NCBI GenBank assembly: GCA_029258835.1
Contig: JAPDJY010000085.1
Location: 1-13,906, forward strand
Direction of reading: 5' to 3'
DNA length: 13,906 nt
Source of the DNA: Thermoproteota archaeon
GTDB lineage: Archaea; Asgardarchaeota; Jordiarchaeia; Jordiarchaeales; Freyrarchaeaceae
The notes beneath the pieces are model-generated. The model had not been told where the DNA came from and did no database searches. It saw only the letters and a list, made by a program, of their open reading frames with translations. The translations under genes were made by a program, and so were the position numbers. The first letter of the stretch is position 1; each line of letters starts with the position of its first letter. Below, piece by piece: positions 1 to 7,743 of this stretch.

Positions 1-657
1 TTCTCTTCTAGCAAGAAGAGAGACTTTTTCTTCAACAGCTTTTAGGGATCCGGATATCCCCGTCCTAACCTCGCGATACTCAGCTATTGGCGGCGGGACA
101 TATTTTGGTTTAATGAAGAGGTTTATTATATCATCAACCTCATCCTTTGAGAAACCTTTAACTGCACTTGTATTAGTCGATGTACGTGGAAGAGATTGCA
201 CGGCTTTCTCAAATCTTCTACTGAAAGATTCTATTTCCTCCATGCTCATCTTCTTAACCCACGCCACCCTCTCAGCCACGGCCTCGGGTATAACGTTGCA
301 CATGGTGTCCGCGAGCACCAGCCGCCTCACAACCTCAGGGTGCTTCACAGCTAGCACGCAGGCAACCATGCCCCCCATCGAGTGGCCAACCAAGCTAGCC
401 TTGGCGATGCCCAACCGCTGCATCAGCCTGTAGAGGTCCTCCCCGTGGGTCAAGACGCTATACTGCTTAGAGGGCTTACTCGACTCGCCATGCCCCCTAA
501 GATCGTAAAGCAAGACTCTAAAGCTCTTTGAAAAGTGCTTTTTCTGGTGGAGCCAGCACCTCCTATCAACCCAGAGGCCATGAATGAAGATTACAGGCTC
601 CCCGGAGCCAGCCTCCTCGTATGCAATGCTTACTCCATCCACATCCACGAAAGGCAA
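1..657 (-). CDS. alpha/beta fold hydrolase (runs off the left edge; C-terminal part possibly chimeric)
   Basis: Manual translation from TTG at 657 (GGTGGTG RBS upstream): MPFVDVDGVSIAYEEAGSGEPVIFIHGLWVDRRCW...YDLRGHGESSKP...LVGHSMGGMVA. Shows the HG oxyanion motif, DLRGHG and the GxSxG nucleophile elbow. The frame is open to base 1, so it is absent from the ORF track. Confidence 0.85.
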   Translation of the reverse strand, partial: MPFVDVDGVSIAYEEAGSGEPVIFIHGLWVDRRCWLHQKKHFSKSFRVLLYDLRGHGESSKPSKQYSVLTHGEDLYRLMQRLGIAKASLVGHSMGGMVACVLAVKHPEVVRRLVLADTMCNVIPEAVAERVAWVKKMSMEEIESFSRRFEKAVQSLPRTSTNTSAVKGFSKDEVDDIINLFIKPKYVPPPIAEYREVRTGISGSLKAVEEKVSLLARRE

Positions 658-688
658 GAAACACCACCAGAGGGAAACATTGTAATAC

Positions 689-712
689 GGATAAAGATAA
701 AGGTTTTTTCCA
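689..712 (-). promoter_or_regulatory. putative BRE-TATA promoter of the hydrolase
   Basis: The minus strand reads GGAAAAAACCTTTATCTTTATCC about 35-50 nt upstream of the TTG start. Confidence 0.4.
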
Positions 713-904
713 AGCAGGTGAGACGCGTATTCTACAACTTCAACCCTCCTCCCTCCTAGAGCCGTAAACCATCCGGGTTCCCGCCACCCTTCATCTTCCA
801 GCCTCTAGGTGAAAGGAATTTTAAATTGATTGGTGGAAAGTTTTGCTTCAGATATTTAAAGGGAAGAATTAATGGGCTGTGAAGGAAAACGTATCCTCCC
901 CCTC

Positions 905-1100
905 CTTTTCCCCTTAACAGCAAACGGGGTTCAGCGGACGTAGTCTTTTATAGACGTGTGTCCGCCTTGGGGCACATCAACCTCGGCTCCCTCGGGGTTC
1001 ATCGGGAGCAGGTCATCGGTCTCGCCCCCATTCGGGGTAACCCCACCCCTCCTCAGGATCGGGAGGATTACCTCCTCCCAAACTTTCATTGAAGGAGGAA
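905..1100 (-). ncRNA. putative TnpB omegaRNA (right-end RNA), copy 1
   Basis: Nested stems overlap the tnpB 3' end: GGGGTT/AACCCC, GGGGC/GCCCC, CTCCC/GGGAG, a K-turn and a terminal GCGGAC/GTCCGC hairpin. The same architecture occurs in copy 2. The guide would be the flanking 905-923. Confidence 0.7.
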
Positions 1101-2177
1101 AAACCCACATTCTTAGGTATAAGTTTATGGAAGCGTTTAATTGTCTATTTATTCTTAAACCACATCTTTTACATTCTAGAACCTGCCCCTTTCGGCGCTT
1201 CATCCTCCCACCACATCTGGGACAGGTTTTAGTCGAATTACGAGGGTCTAACAACCTTACATTAGTTTTATAACTCATTAGAGCTATTATCTGCTTCCAG
1301 TTTTGCTTAGAGATTGCTCTGTTGTGTGTTTTTCTTTTGGTGAACATTCCCTGCTTTTCCAGGTCCTCAAATCCGTGCTCATAATCTTTGAGCTCTTTAG
1401 CGAGCCTAGCTGTTAGCTTATGTAGGAAATCTTTAACCCTGTTTCTGTATCTTTGAGAATACTTCTGCATAAGCCTTTTAGCGGTTTTCGGCCTGGTTTT
1501 ACTCGACCTCTGGATTTTTCTCCTAATGTTTTCGTAGGTTACGTGTAGAGTGTATAGCGGTTTTAAGTCTACTCTGATCCAACCCTTATCGCAAAACCCG
1601 TCCATGCTAAGCAGGTTCAGATCCCAAGCAATTCTCTTCTTCGTATTAGCCGAACTAACAGGTTTCCTAAAAGTTATAATTAACTCATTCTCCTTAAGAA
1701 TTAGTTCTCCCAAATCGCAACCCTCAACTCTTTTCCTGAACCAAGCTCTTGAGAGGTCAAATTCCAGATAAAGCTGACGTGGCTTTATCGTAATCGTGAT
1801 TTTCCAATCTTTAAATCTGTAAAGCGTTTCTTTTACTCTGACGAACTTCCTTTTTACTACGGGCTTATTTTTGCTTCTCCCCCCTTGATGTAATTCTTTC
1901 TCCACGAGTTTAAGATTGAATAAGCTGTTTTTACTGCTGAATCTACGTAATGGGAAGCATAATTCCAATCTTTGAGTAATTGGTTTCTTAAAGCTCTTTT
2001 TTCTTTTGACTTCGGAATCATAGGAATTAGCCTATTTTTCTTCTTTTTCCATTCTATCCCGTCCCAGATGGTATCTATCGCTCTTTGTAGAAGATGCCTG
2101 TAACTACTAAGAAACTCTCTTACATCGTGGTTGTGTCTTACTTTGTAGCTAACAATCCTGTATGAGCCTCTTCGCAC
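931..2177 (-). pseudogene. tnpB: TnpB (RNA-guided nuclease family), frameshifted
   Basis: Split over ORFs 1857..2177 and 931..1968. Motifs: AWDLN (RuvC-I), GFEDL (RuvC-II), CPRC/CKRC zinc finger, NRQLNASINL (RuvC-III region). Confidence 0.9.
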
Positions 2178-2757
2178 CTTCTACCACCTTCTTATACTTG
2201 TTTGATCTCATCCCGTACAACTTACCAGCGAAATGGGAAATTATAGTGATTAGGTCTTCAACGAGCTCTTCCTGCGGGCTTTTCTCCTCATGATTTATCA
2301 CGGCTATCTCTGCTCCATAGCTTCTGAAAAATTGCTCAAGTGTTTTAAACCCGAATCTCGCTAACCTGTCTGGATACGCTATAACGACCTTAGAAACTTC
2401 CTCGTTCACAACCATTCTTAGTAGTTTTTGGAAACTTCTTCTATTTTCTTTCAAACCAGAACCTACATCCTTAAGAATTTCTACATCCAATCCTCTTCCT
2501 TTGCACAGCTTTTTATTAACTTTATTTGTCTCTCTAAGTCGTCCTTCTGGGTATGAGATGAAATCCTCGCATAACCCACCATCTTCCTTTCCTCGTGGAT
2601 TCCAAAATCCTCTTTATTTCCGATTCGGGAACCCTCCTCTTCCCACCAACAGTTCCGACACACCTTACCCTCCCTTATCCCATCTTTGGATAGTCCTAAC
2701 GGTTACTCCCAATAGCTTTGACGCCTCTTTCATCGTGTAAAGTTGTTCTATGTCCAT
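2149..2757 (-). pseudogene. tnpA: IS607 TnpA serine recombinase, multiple frameshifts
   Basis: ATG 2757 gives [28 protein letters not shown] (MerR-like HTH). It then continues across frameshifts as [48 protein letters not shown] and [22 protein letters not shown]. Confidence 0.92.
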
Positions 2758-2795
2758 CAATATCTATATATGTCTACCAAATATTTACAGTTTCG

Positions 2796-3001
2796 CGAAG
2801 CGTCTACCCTGAAAAGGAAGTTCTACGGGTGGAAGGCTTCAAGAAGGAGGCCGTATTAGACGGCGACGGATTACCGGTGTACGTCCACGAGGACGCCTAT
2901 AAATACCTCCCGGAGAAGGTGTACGTCGACTACGCGGGAAAATGATACAAGAAGCTACGTGTCGCCAACTATTCCCGGTCTACCTTAGAGGAGCCTGTTA
3001 A
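2796..3001 (+). pseudogene. 3' remnant of a small HesB-like / CC-Se-motif-like protein gene truncated by IS607; contains an in-frame TGA
   Basis: Host-like GC and codon usage. Reads SVYPEKEVLRVEGFKKEAVLDGDGLPVYVHEDAYKYLPEKVYVDYAGK-TGA(2943-2945)-YKKLRVANYS. One frameshift near 2975 gives PVYLRGAC-TAA(2999-3001). The 'DGxxVYV...VxVDY..KKLxV' pattern resembles HesB-like/CC-Se family C-termini, recognised from memory only. Confidence 0.5.
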
Positions 3002-3010
3002 AAGAGGGGG

Positions 3011-3051
3011 TGAAATGAGCCTCACCCCCTAAAGCGAGGGTGAGATGATCA
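3011..3051 (+). promoter_or_regulatory. candidate SECIS element (eukaryote/Asgard-type K-turn hairpin)
   Basis: AUGA(3015-3018)-N12-AAA(3031-3033)...UGAU(3046-3049), with helix CUCACCC/GGGUGAG and lower stem UGA/UCA. It lies 14 nt after the inferred stop of the remnant. Confidence 0.45.
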
Positions 3052-3147
3052 AGCGGTTAAGGCGCCGTTAAAACCCCTAGCAACCTTCTTCCTTTAATAG
3101 ACTTTCTCCGCTTAGACGCCGGTTTAGAGGCGTTAAGGCTTCCCTTC

Positions 3148-3178
3148 AAACATTTATTTAATTTTAAACATTTAAACC
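3148..3178 (+). promoter_or_regulatory. AT-rich promoter with tandem AAACATTTA repeats upstream of the transporter
   Basis: AAACATTTA occurs at 3148-3156 and 3166-3174. Each runs into a TATA-like element (TTTATTTA, TTTAAA). Confidence 0.5.
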
Positions 3179-3279
3179 GGAAAATCGTGGATGAGGAGTT
3201 AGGAGCAGCGTTAACCGGTGTAATGGGCACCCGATGCACATGAAAGGCGCAACAGTTAAATCCTGGAATAGAGGAGAGG

Positions 3280-4644
3280 TTGCTTGTTTTGAGGAAGGAG
3301 GATGGAAGATTGGAGGAGGCAGAGATAGAGGTTGTGATGGTTCCCCGATGGCGGCAGCCACTCTCAGGGTTCTGCGCCTTGATTTTAGGTTTGCTCGTTG
3401 CGCTTGCAACATGGTGGGTTTTCGCTGACGTCAGGTTTGCGCTCCAGCACTTCGTGTTCGGCTGGTATCCTGAAGTTGCGTCGCTTCTAGGTGGGTGGGG
3501 GCTTCTCGTCGCGGTCTGGCAGGCTTGGCTGGAAAACTACCCTTGCTCAAAGCTGAGGAAGCCTTGGCTGGTCGGCGTCGCAGGGACCGCGTTGAACCTT
3601 GTTCTGGTTTGGTTCATGGTTTACGTGGTGTTCTACCAGCTGGTTGGAAGCCTAGTTCCGGTGGCGAGCTACCCGAAGCTTCTCTCCCTAGGACTCCCCG
3701 TCGAAACCGCACTTTACCTTTCATCGTCTGCTACTGGAATGGTGACCGGGGCTACGTTCTCCTTCGGTTTGCTCTGGGTTGCAGGCTCCATGTTCTGGCC
3801 TCTCTACCATGAGAAGCAGCCTAAGAGGGGCGTCTACGCCGTCGCCCTCTCGCTCGCCATTGGACTGACCGCATGGTGGCTCATACTCCTCCCACCAGTA
3901 TCCCAGATGGCGCAGTACTCCGCAGCCATAATGGCTCTCATGTATCTTTCAGAGCTACAACCGGCTATGAGCATACTGTACTCTGTGCTGACCTACTACT
4001 ACACGATTTCATGGTTTTACCTTAACGCTGAAGCTTTAAGGAGGCTTAACATGACCCAGTGGGTGATATTCTTCGCACTGCTCACAATGCTAACATGGGA
4101 GTATGAGCCCTGGATCAGGCTGAAGAGGCAGCCTCTAATAGGGGTGGCGGCGTTCATCTCCTGCACCGTTCTGGGCGCGTTCTCCGGCCTGGTCCTGTCG
4201 CAGGTGGTCTACACTCCGCCCATCCCTCCATCCTACGTTTGGGCAGCGCTGGGTCAGGCAGCACTAGCACCCATGGCGGAGGTTGCAAGGGAGGGTGCGA
4301 GGTGGACTGCCCCTCTAGTCCTAGCGGTGTTCCTCATCATAGCCGAGTTCATCCTTTACTTCTACTTCGACAATTGGCCTAAGAAGTATAGTAAACCAGT
4401 TAACATGGCGGTGAGGACCATAGTGGTTGTTCTGGCCGGGCTGCTGATGCTCTACGTCTACTACCTTGCATCAGCCAGCATCATAGGCGACCCGGACGTC
4501 GTCACCATGCTCACATACCCGATCCTATTCCTAGACCCAAGACCCCTGACGAATCCTCTGCCATTCCAGCTGTGGCTCCTCTGGATCCTGCTACTGCACG
4601 GGTACATATGGAGGAAGTGGCCTGTCTGGAAGCCTCTAACGTGA
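3280..4644 (+). CDS. polytopic membrane protein, putative transporter (resembles the uncharacterised family annotated as 'AAT family amino acid transporter')
   Basis: TTG start with GGAGAGGT RBS. About 10-11 hydrophobic segments. Motifs VPRW, TWWxFxDxR, QPxxG, YFDNWPKKYSKPVN..RT and terminal WPVWK. Confidence 0.8.
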   Translation: MLVLRKEDGRLEEAEIEVVMVPRWRQPLSGFCALILGLLVALATWWVFADVRFALQHFVFGWYPEVASLLGGWGLLVAVWQAWLENYPCSKLRKPWLVGVAGTALNLVLVWFMVYVVFYQLVGSLVPVASYPKLLSLGLPVETALYLSSSATGMVTGATFSFGLLWVAGSMFWPLYHEKQPKRGVYAVALSLAIGLTAWWLILLPPVSQMAQYSAAIMALMYLSELQPAMSILYSVLTYYYTISWFYLNAEALRRLNMTQWVIFFALLTMLTWEYEPWIRLKRQPLIGVAAFISCTVLGAFSGLVLSQVVYTPPIPPSYVWAALGQAALAPMAEVAREGARWTAPLVLAVFLIIAEFILYFYFDNWPKKYSKPVNMAVRTIVVVLAGLLMLYVYYLASASIIGDPDVVTMLTYPILFLDPRPLTNPLPFQLWLLWILLLHGYIWRKWPVWKPLT

Positions 4645-4651
4645 AAACACC

Positions 4652-4671
4652 CATTTTTCCTTTCTATTGTT
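4652..4671 (+). terminator. T-rich archaeal terminator
   Basis: CATTTTTCCTTTCTATTGTT follows directly after the transporter stop codon. Confidence 0.4.
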
Positions 4672-4784
4672 AACCGGGAGAAGTCCAAGGTTTTCCGTTG
4701 TCCATCAAAGATGCGCCCACTAGGGTGCGTGCTGCTTGATTCCCCACGAGTCCAGCTTTACTGCCTGAAACAACCGACCTTTGG

Positions 4785-5321
4785 AGGCGGATAGAGAAGG
4801 TAAGTAGATGTGTTAGAACTGTTGGCGGTAAGCGTAGGGTTCCAGAATCGGAGATAAAGAGGATTTTAGGAACTCATGAAGAGAGGAAAATTAGATATGC
4901 AAGGGTTTCATCACATACACAGAAAGATGATTTAGAAAGACAGATTGAGTTAATCAAAAGCTATGCTGGTGAGAAGGGATGGGAGATAGAGATTTTGAAA
5001 GATGTGGGTTCAGGGTTAAAGGAAGATAGAAGGAACTTCCAGAAATTGCTAGGGATGGTTATGAATAGAGAGGTTTCTAAGGTTATCGTAGCTTACCCAG
5101 ATAGGTTAACGAGATTTGGCTTCAAAACACTTAAAGAGTTCTTTAAGAGCTATGAAACTGAGATAGTGGTGATAAATAGGGAGGAAAAAAACTCCACAGG
5201 AAGAACTTGGGAAGATTTGATTACGATAATCTCCCACTTTGCTGGTAAACTCTATGGAATGAGAAGTCACAAGTATAGGAAGGTTGTTGAGGGTGCAAAG
5301 AAACTCATACAAGATCCTTAG
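4785..5321 (+). pseudogene. tnpA: IS607 TnpA, 5'-truncated and frameshifted
   Basis: Motifs [36 protein letters not shown] and [19 protein letters not shown]. About the first 25 codons are missing. Compensating indels occur near 5190-5210. Confidence 0.9.
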
Positions 5322-6630
5322 CTACAAGATTAAACATAATTATGACATTGGAGAGTTTCTAAGTAGCTATAGATACCTTCTACAGAGAGCAATAAATATT
5401 ATTTGGGATAACATTAATTGGATTGAGAGGAAGAGAAGAAACTACTATACAGTTAGGCAGGGGAAGAAGAGAAGAAAGAAATGTTGCTATGTTAAAACGG
5501 TTGATACCTACAATTCCTAAGTCTAGAGAGTTTAAGAGAAATCTAAGAAACGAGCTGTTAAGGAATTGGAGTTATGCTTCTCATTATGTTGATTCAGCTA
5601 TCAAGGTCGCTTACTCGACCATGAATTCTTGGAAGAAAAACTACCTCAAAGGGAAAAGGAAGAGAAACAAGCCAATAGTTAAAAGGAAATTTATTAGAGT
5701 TAAAGGAACACTTTACATTTATAGAAACGGCAAAATTAGAATAACCGTTAAGCTGAGAAAACTTTACCTAGAATTCGATTTATCTAATGCTTGGTTTAGA
5801 AAGAGAGTTGATGGATGTGATTTAGGAGAGTTAATACTTAAGGAAAGTGAATTAATAATTACTTTAGAAGAGAACTCCTAGAAAAGAACCCATTTGAGAG
5901 AATCAGCTGGGATTTAAATAAATGCAGTATGGATGGATTTTCTCCTAAATACGGATGGATAAAAATTGATTTAAAATACCTTTACCACATACATAGAGTT
6001 CATGAAATTAAGAGGAAGAAAGTTCAAAGCATAGCTTCTAAGAAACACTCTCTTAAATCCCTCGTTTCGAGACATGGAAAAAGAGAGAAAAATAGAGTTA
6101 AAGACTTCATTCATAAATTAACTACTCAATTGGCTAAAATATTCCCAAATGTTGAGCATGGTTTTGAGGATTTAGAGAAGCAAGGAATGTTCGACAAGAG
6201 AAAAAGGCACAATAGAGATGTTGCCAAGCAGAATTGGAAGACAATAATTCAATATATGAGCTACAAGTCTAGAGTTAAGCTTGTTAACCCTAAGAATACA
6301 TCTTCTACCTGCCCCATGTGTGGAGAAAGATTACTAAAGCTCCGAAAGGGGCAGGTAGTTAAATGCAAGAAATGCGGCTTAACTTTAGACAGGCAACTAT
6401 GTGGGGCAATAAACATATACCTTAGGATGTGTGGTTTTCCTCCCTCTCCGAGCATCTTCTACCGAGTGGTGATTAAAAGGATGATCCCTCTGTGGAAGAT
6501 GCGGATGAAGAGGGGGAGAGGGGTTACCACGAAAGGGGGCAAGGACAATGATATGCTCCCGATGAACCTAAGAGGGAGACTGAGCCCAATGAGCCCCAAG
6601 GCTTACATAGGCTTACCAATACCTATGTAA
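5284..6630 (+). pseudogene. tnpB: TnpB, frameshifted into three pieces
   Basis: ORFs 5284..5520, 5423..5881 and 5929..6630 are collinear with copy 1 TnpB. Motifs SWDLNKCSMDGF, GFEDLEKQGMF, CPMC/CKKC and DRQLCGAINI. Confidence 0.9.
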
Positions 6631-6662
6631 GCTGAACCCCGTGAAAATGATATATCTGCTGA
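6436..6662 (+). ncRNA. putative TnpB omegaRNA (right-end RNA), copy 2
   Basis: Stems GGGGTT 6520-6525/AACCCC 6635-6640, GGGGC 6536-6540/GCCCC 6593-6597 and CTCCC 6556-6560/GGGAG 6574-6578. Perfect 11-bp hairpin GCTTACATAGG 6601-6611/CCTATGTAAGC 6622-6632. Confidence 0.7.
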
Positions 6663-6720
6663 AATCCCATTTTTTATGGGATTGTTGAGGGTGATGCTTC
6701 CTTTTGAAGGGGGTTCGTCT

Positions 6721-7743
6721 TTGGGTAAGCCTCCTGTGGGGATTGTTTCGATAGGGGTTTATGTTCCTAAGGGGTTCCATACGAGCGAGGACATAGCGAG
6801 GGAGTCGGGGATACCTAGGGAGATTGTTGAGGAGAAGATGGGGATAAGAAGGAAGGTTATGCCCTACAGCGAGAAGGATCACCCGATATCCATGGGGGTT
6901 GAGGCTTCGAGGGTCGCCCTGGAGAGGGGGAACGTCGACCCTGAAACCGTCGACCTGGTGATATGGGCGGGGGAGGAGTATAAGGAGCACCCTATGATCA
7001 CCGCCGGGATCAAGCTTCAGCACGAGGTCGGCGCCCGGAACGCTTGGGCCTTCGACATATCTCAGCGGTGTGGAACGATGATCGTTGGGTTAAAGCTGGC
7101 GAAGGATATGATGATAGCCAACGATGACGTAAACACCGTCATCGTGGCTGCGGGCTACAGGAACTGCGACCTCATAAACTACAGGAACCACAGGACGAGG
7201 TTCATGTTCAACTTGGCTGCTGGGGGTGCAGCCGTAATCCTAAAGAAGAACCATCCTAGGAACCACGTGCTGGAGGCTGCCTTCATTTCTGACGGCTCCT
7301 TCGCCGACGACGTCTACGTGCCAGCCGGAGGGACGGTGATGCCTGCGAGCTATGAGACCTTAGAGCGCGGACTCCACTACCTTGACGTGAGGGATCCGGA
7401 GGACATGAAGCGCAGGCTCGACGCGGTCTCCATGAGAAACTTTCTCAAGGTGGTGAGGGATGCCGTGGAGAGGAGCGGCTACACGGTTAAGGACATAGAC
7501 TACCTGGCGATCCTCCACATGAAGCGAAGCGCCCACAGGTACATTCTGGAGGAGCTGGGGCTTAGCGAGAACCAGACAACCTACCTTGAAGAGTACGGCC
7601 ACCTAGGGCAGTGCGACCAGATCCTATCCTTAGAGTTAGGGTTGAAGGAGGGGAAGATAAGGGATGGAAGCCTCGTCGTCCTCGTGAGTGCCGGTATAGG
7701 GTACGCTTGGGACGCTATGGCGGTTAGGTGGGGGCCGTGCTAG
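6721..7743 (+). CDS. 3-oxoacyl-ACP synthase III (FabH)-like thiolase-fold condensing enzyme, Cys-His-His type
   Basis: Motifs VGIVSIGVYVP, EKMGIRRK, AFDISQRCGT (catalytic Cys), LAILHMK, YGHLGQCDQ and SAGIGYAW. TTG 6721 has a GAAGGGGG RBS. The alternative start is ATG 6676, about 22 nt after GAAAATGATATAT. Confidence 0.9.
   Translation: MGKPPVGIVSIGVYVPKGFHTSEDIARESGIPREIVEEKMGIRRKVMPYSEKDHPISMGVEASRVALERGNVDPETVDLVIWAGEEYKEHPMITAGIKLQHEVGARNAWAFDISQRCGTMIVGLKLAKDMMIANDDVNTVIVAAGYRNCDLINYRNHRTRFMFNLAAGGAAVILKKNHPRNHVLEAAFISDGSFADDVYVPAGGTVMPASYETLERGLHYLDVRDPEDMKRRLDAVSMRNFLKVVRDAVERSGYTVKDIDYLAILHMKRSAHRYILEELGLSENQTTYLEEYGHLGQCDQILSLELGLKEGKIRDGSLVVLVSAGIGYAWDAMAVRWGPC

Larger units (their letters stand above)
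925..2797 (-). mobile_element. IS607-family element copy 1 (tnpA + tnpB), degenerate, about 1.87 kb
   Basis: An HTH-serine resolvase tnpA overlaps tnpB. GC is lower than in the flanks. The right end is defined by GCTGAACCCCGT (924-935, minus), shared with copy 2. The left end lies just upstream of tnpA, with TATGTC/TATCTA-type short repeats at 2749-2778; the exact boundary is uncertain. Confidence 0.9.
4785..6642 (+). mobile_element. IS607-family element copy 2, left end deleted, degenerate
   Basis: Homology to copy 1 starts abruptly near 4785, in the middle of the HTH ([26 protein letters not shown]). It ends at GCTGAACCCCGT 6631-6642. Low GC. Confidence 0.9.

Noticed and set aside
826-924. 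Possible N-terminus of the interrupted gene (a TTG...CTG-TGA-AGG frame joins in frame via a CG junction)
   Set aside because: The translation (MIGGKFCFRYLKGRINGL*RKTYPPPPFPL) is not convincingly protein-like and the junction is guessed, so it is not supportable without homologues.
3034-3082. GCGAGGGTG...CAAGCGGTTAAGGCGCCG resembles a tRNA-Leu 5' half
   Set aside because: Extra bases before the D arm, no anticodon stem, and no T arm or 3' acceptor strand.
4711-4730. Hairpin ATGCGCCC-ACTA-GGGTGCGT as a possible IS left end
   Set aside because: No similarity to the copy 1 left end, and IS607 ends use direct repeats rather than HUH-type hairpins.
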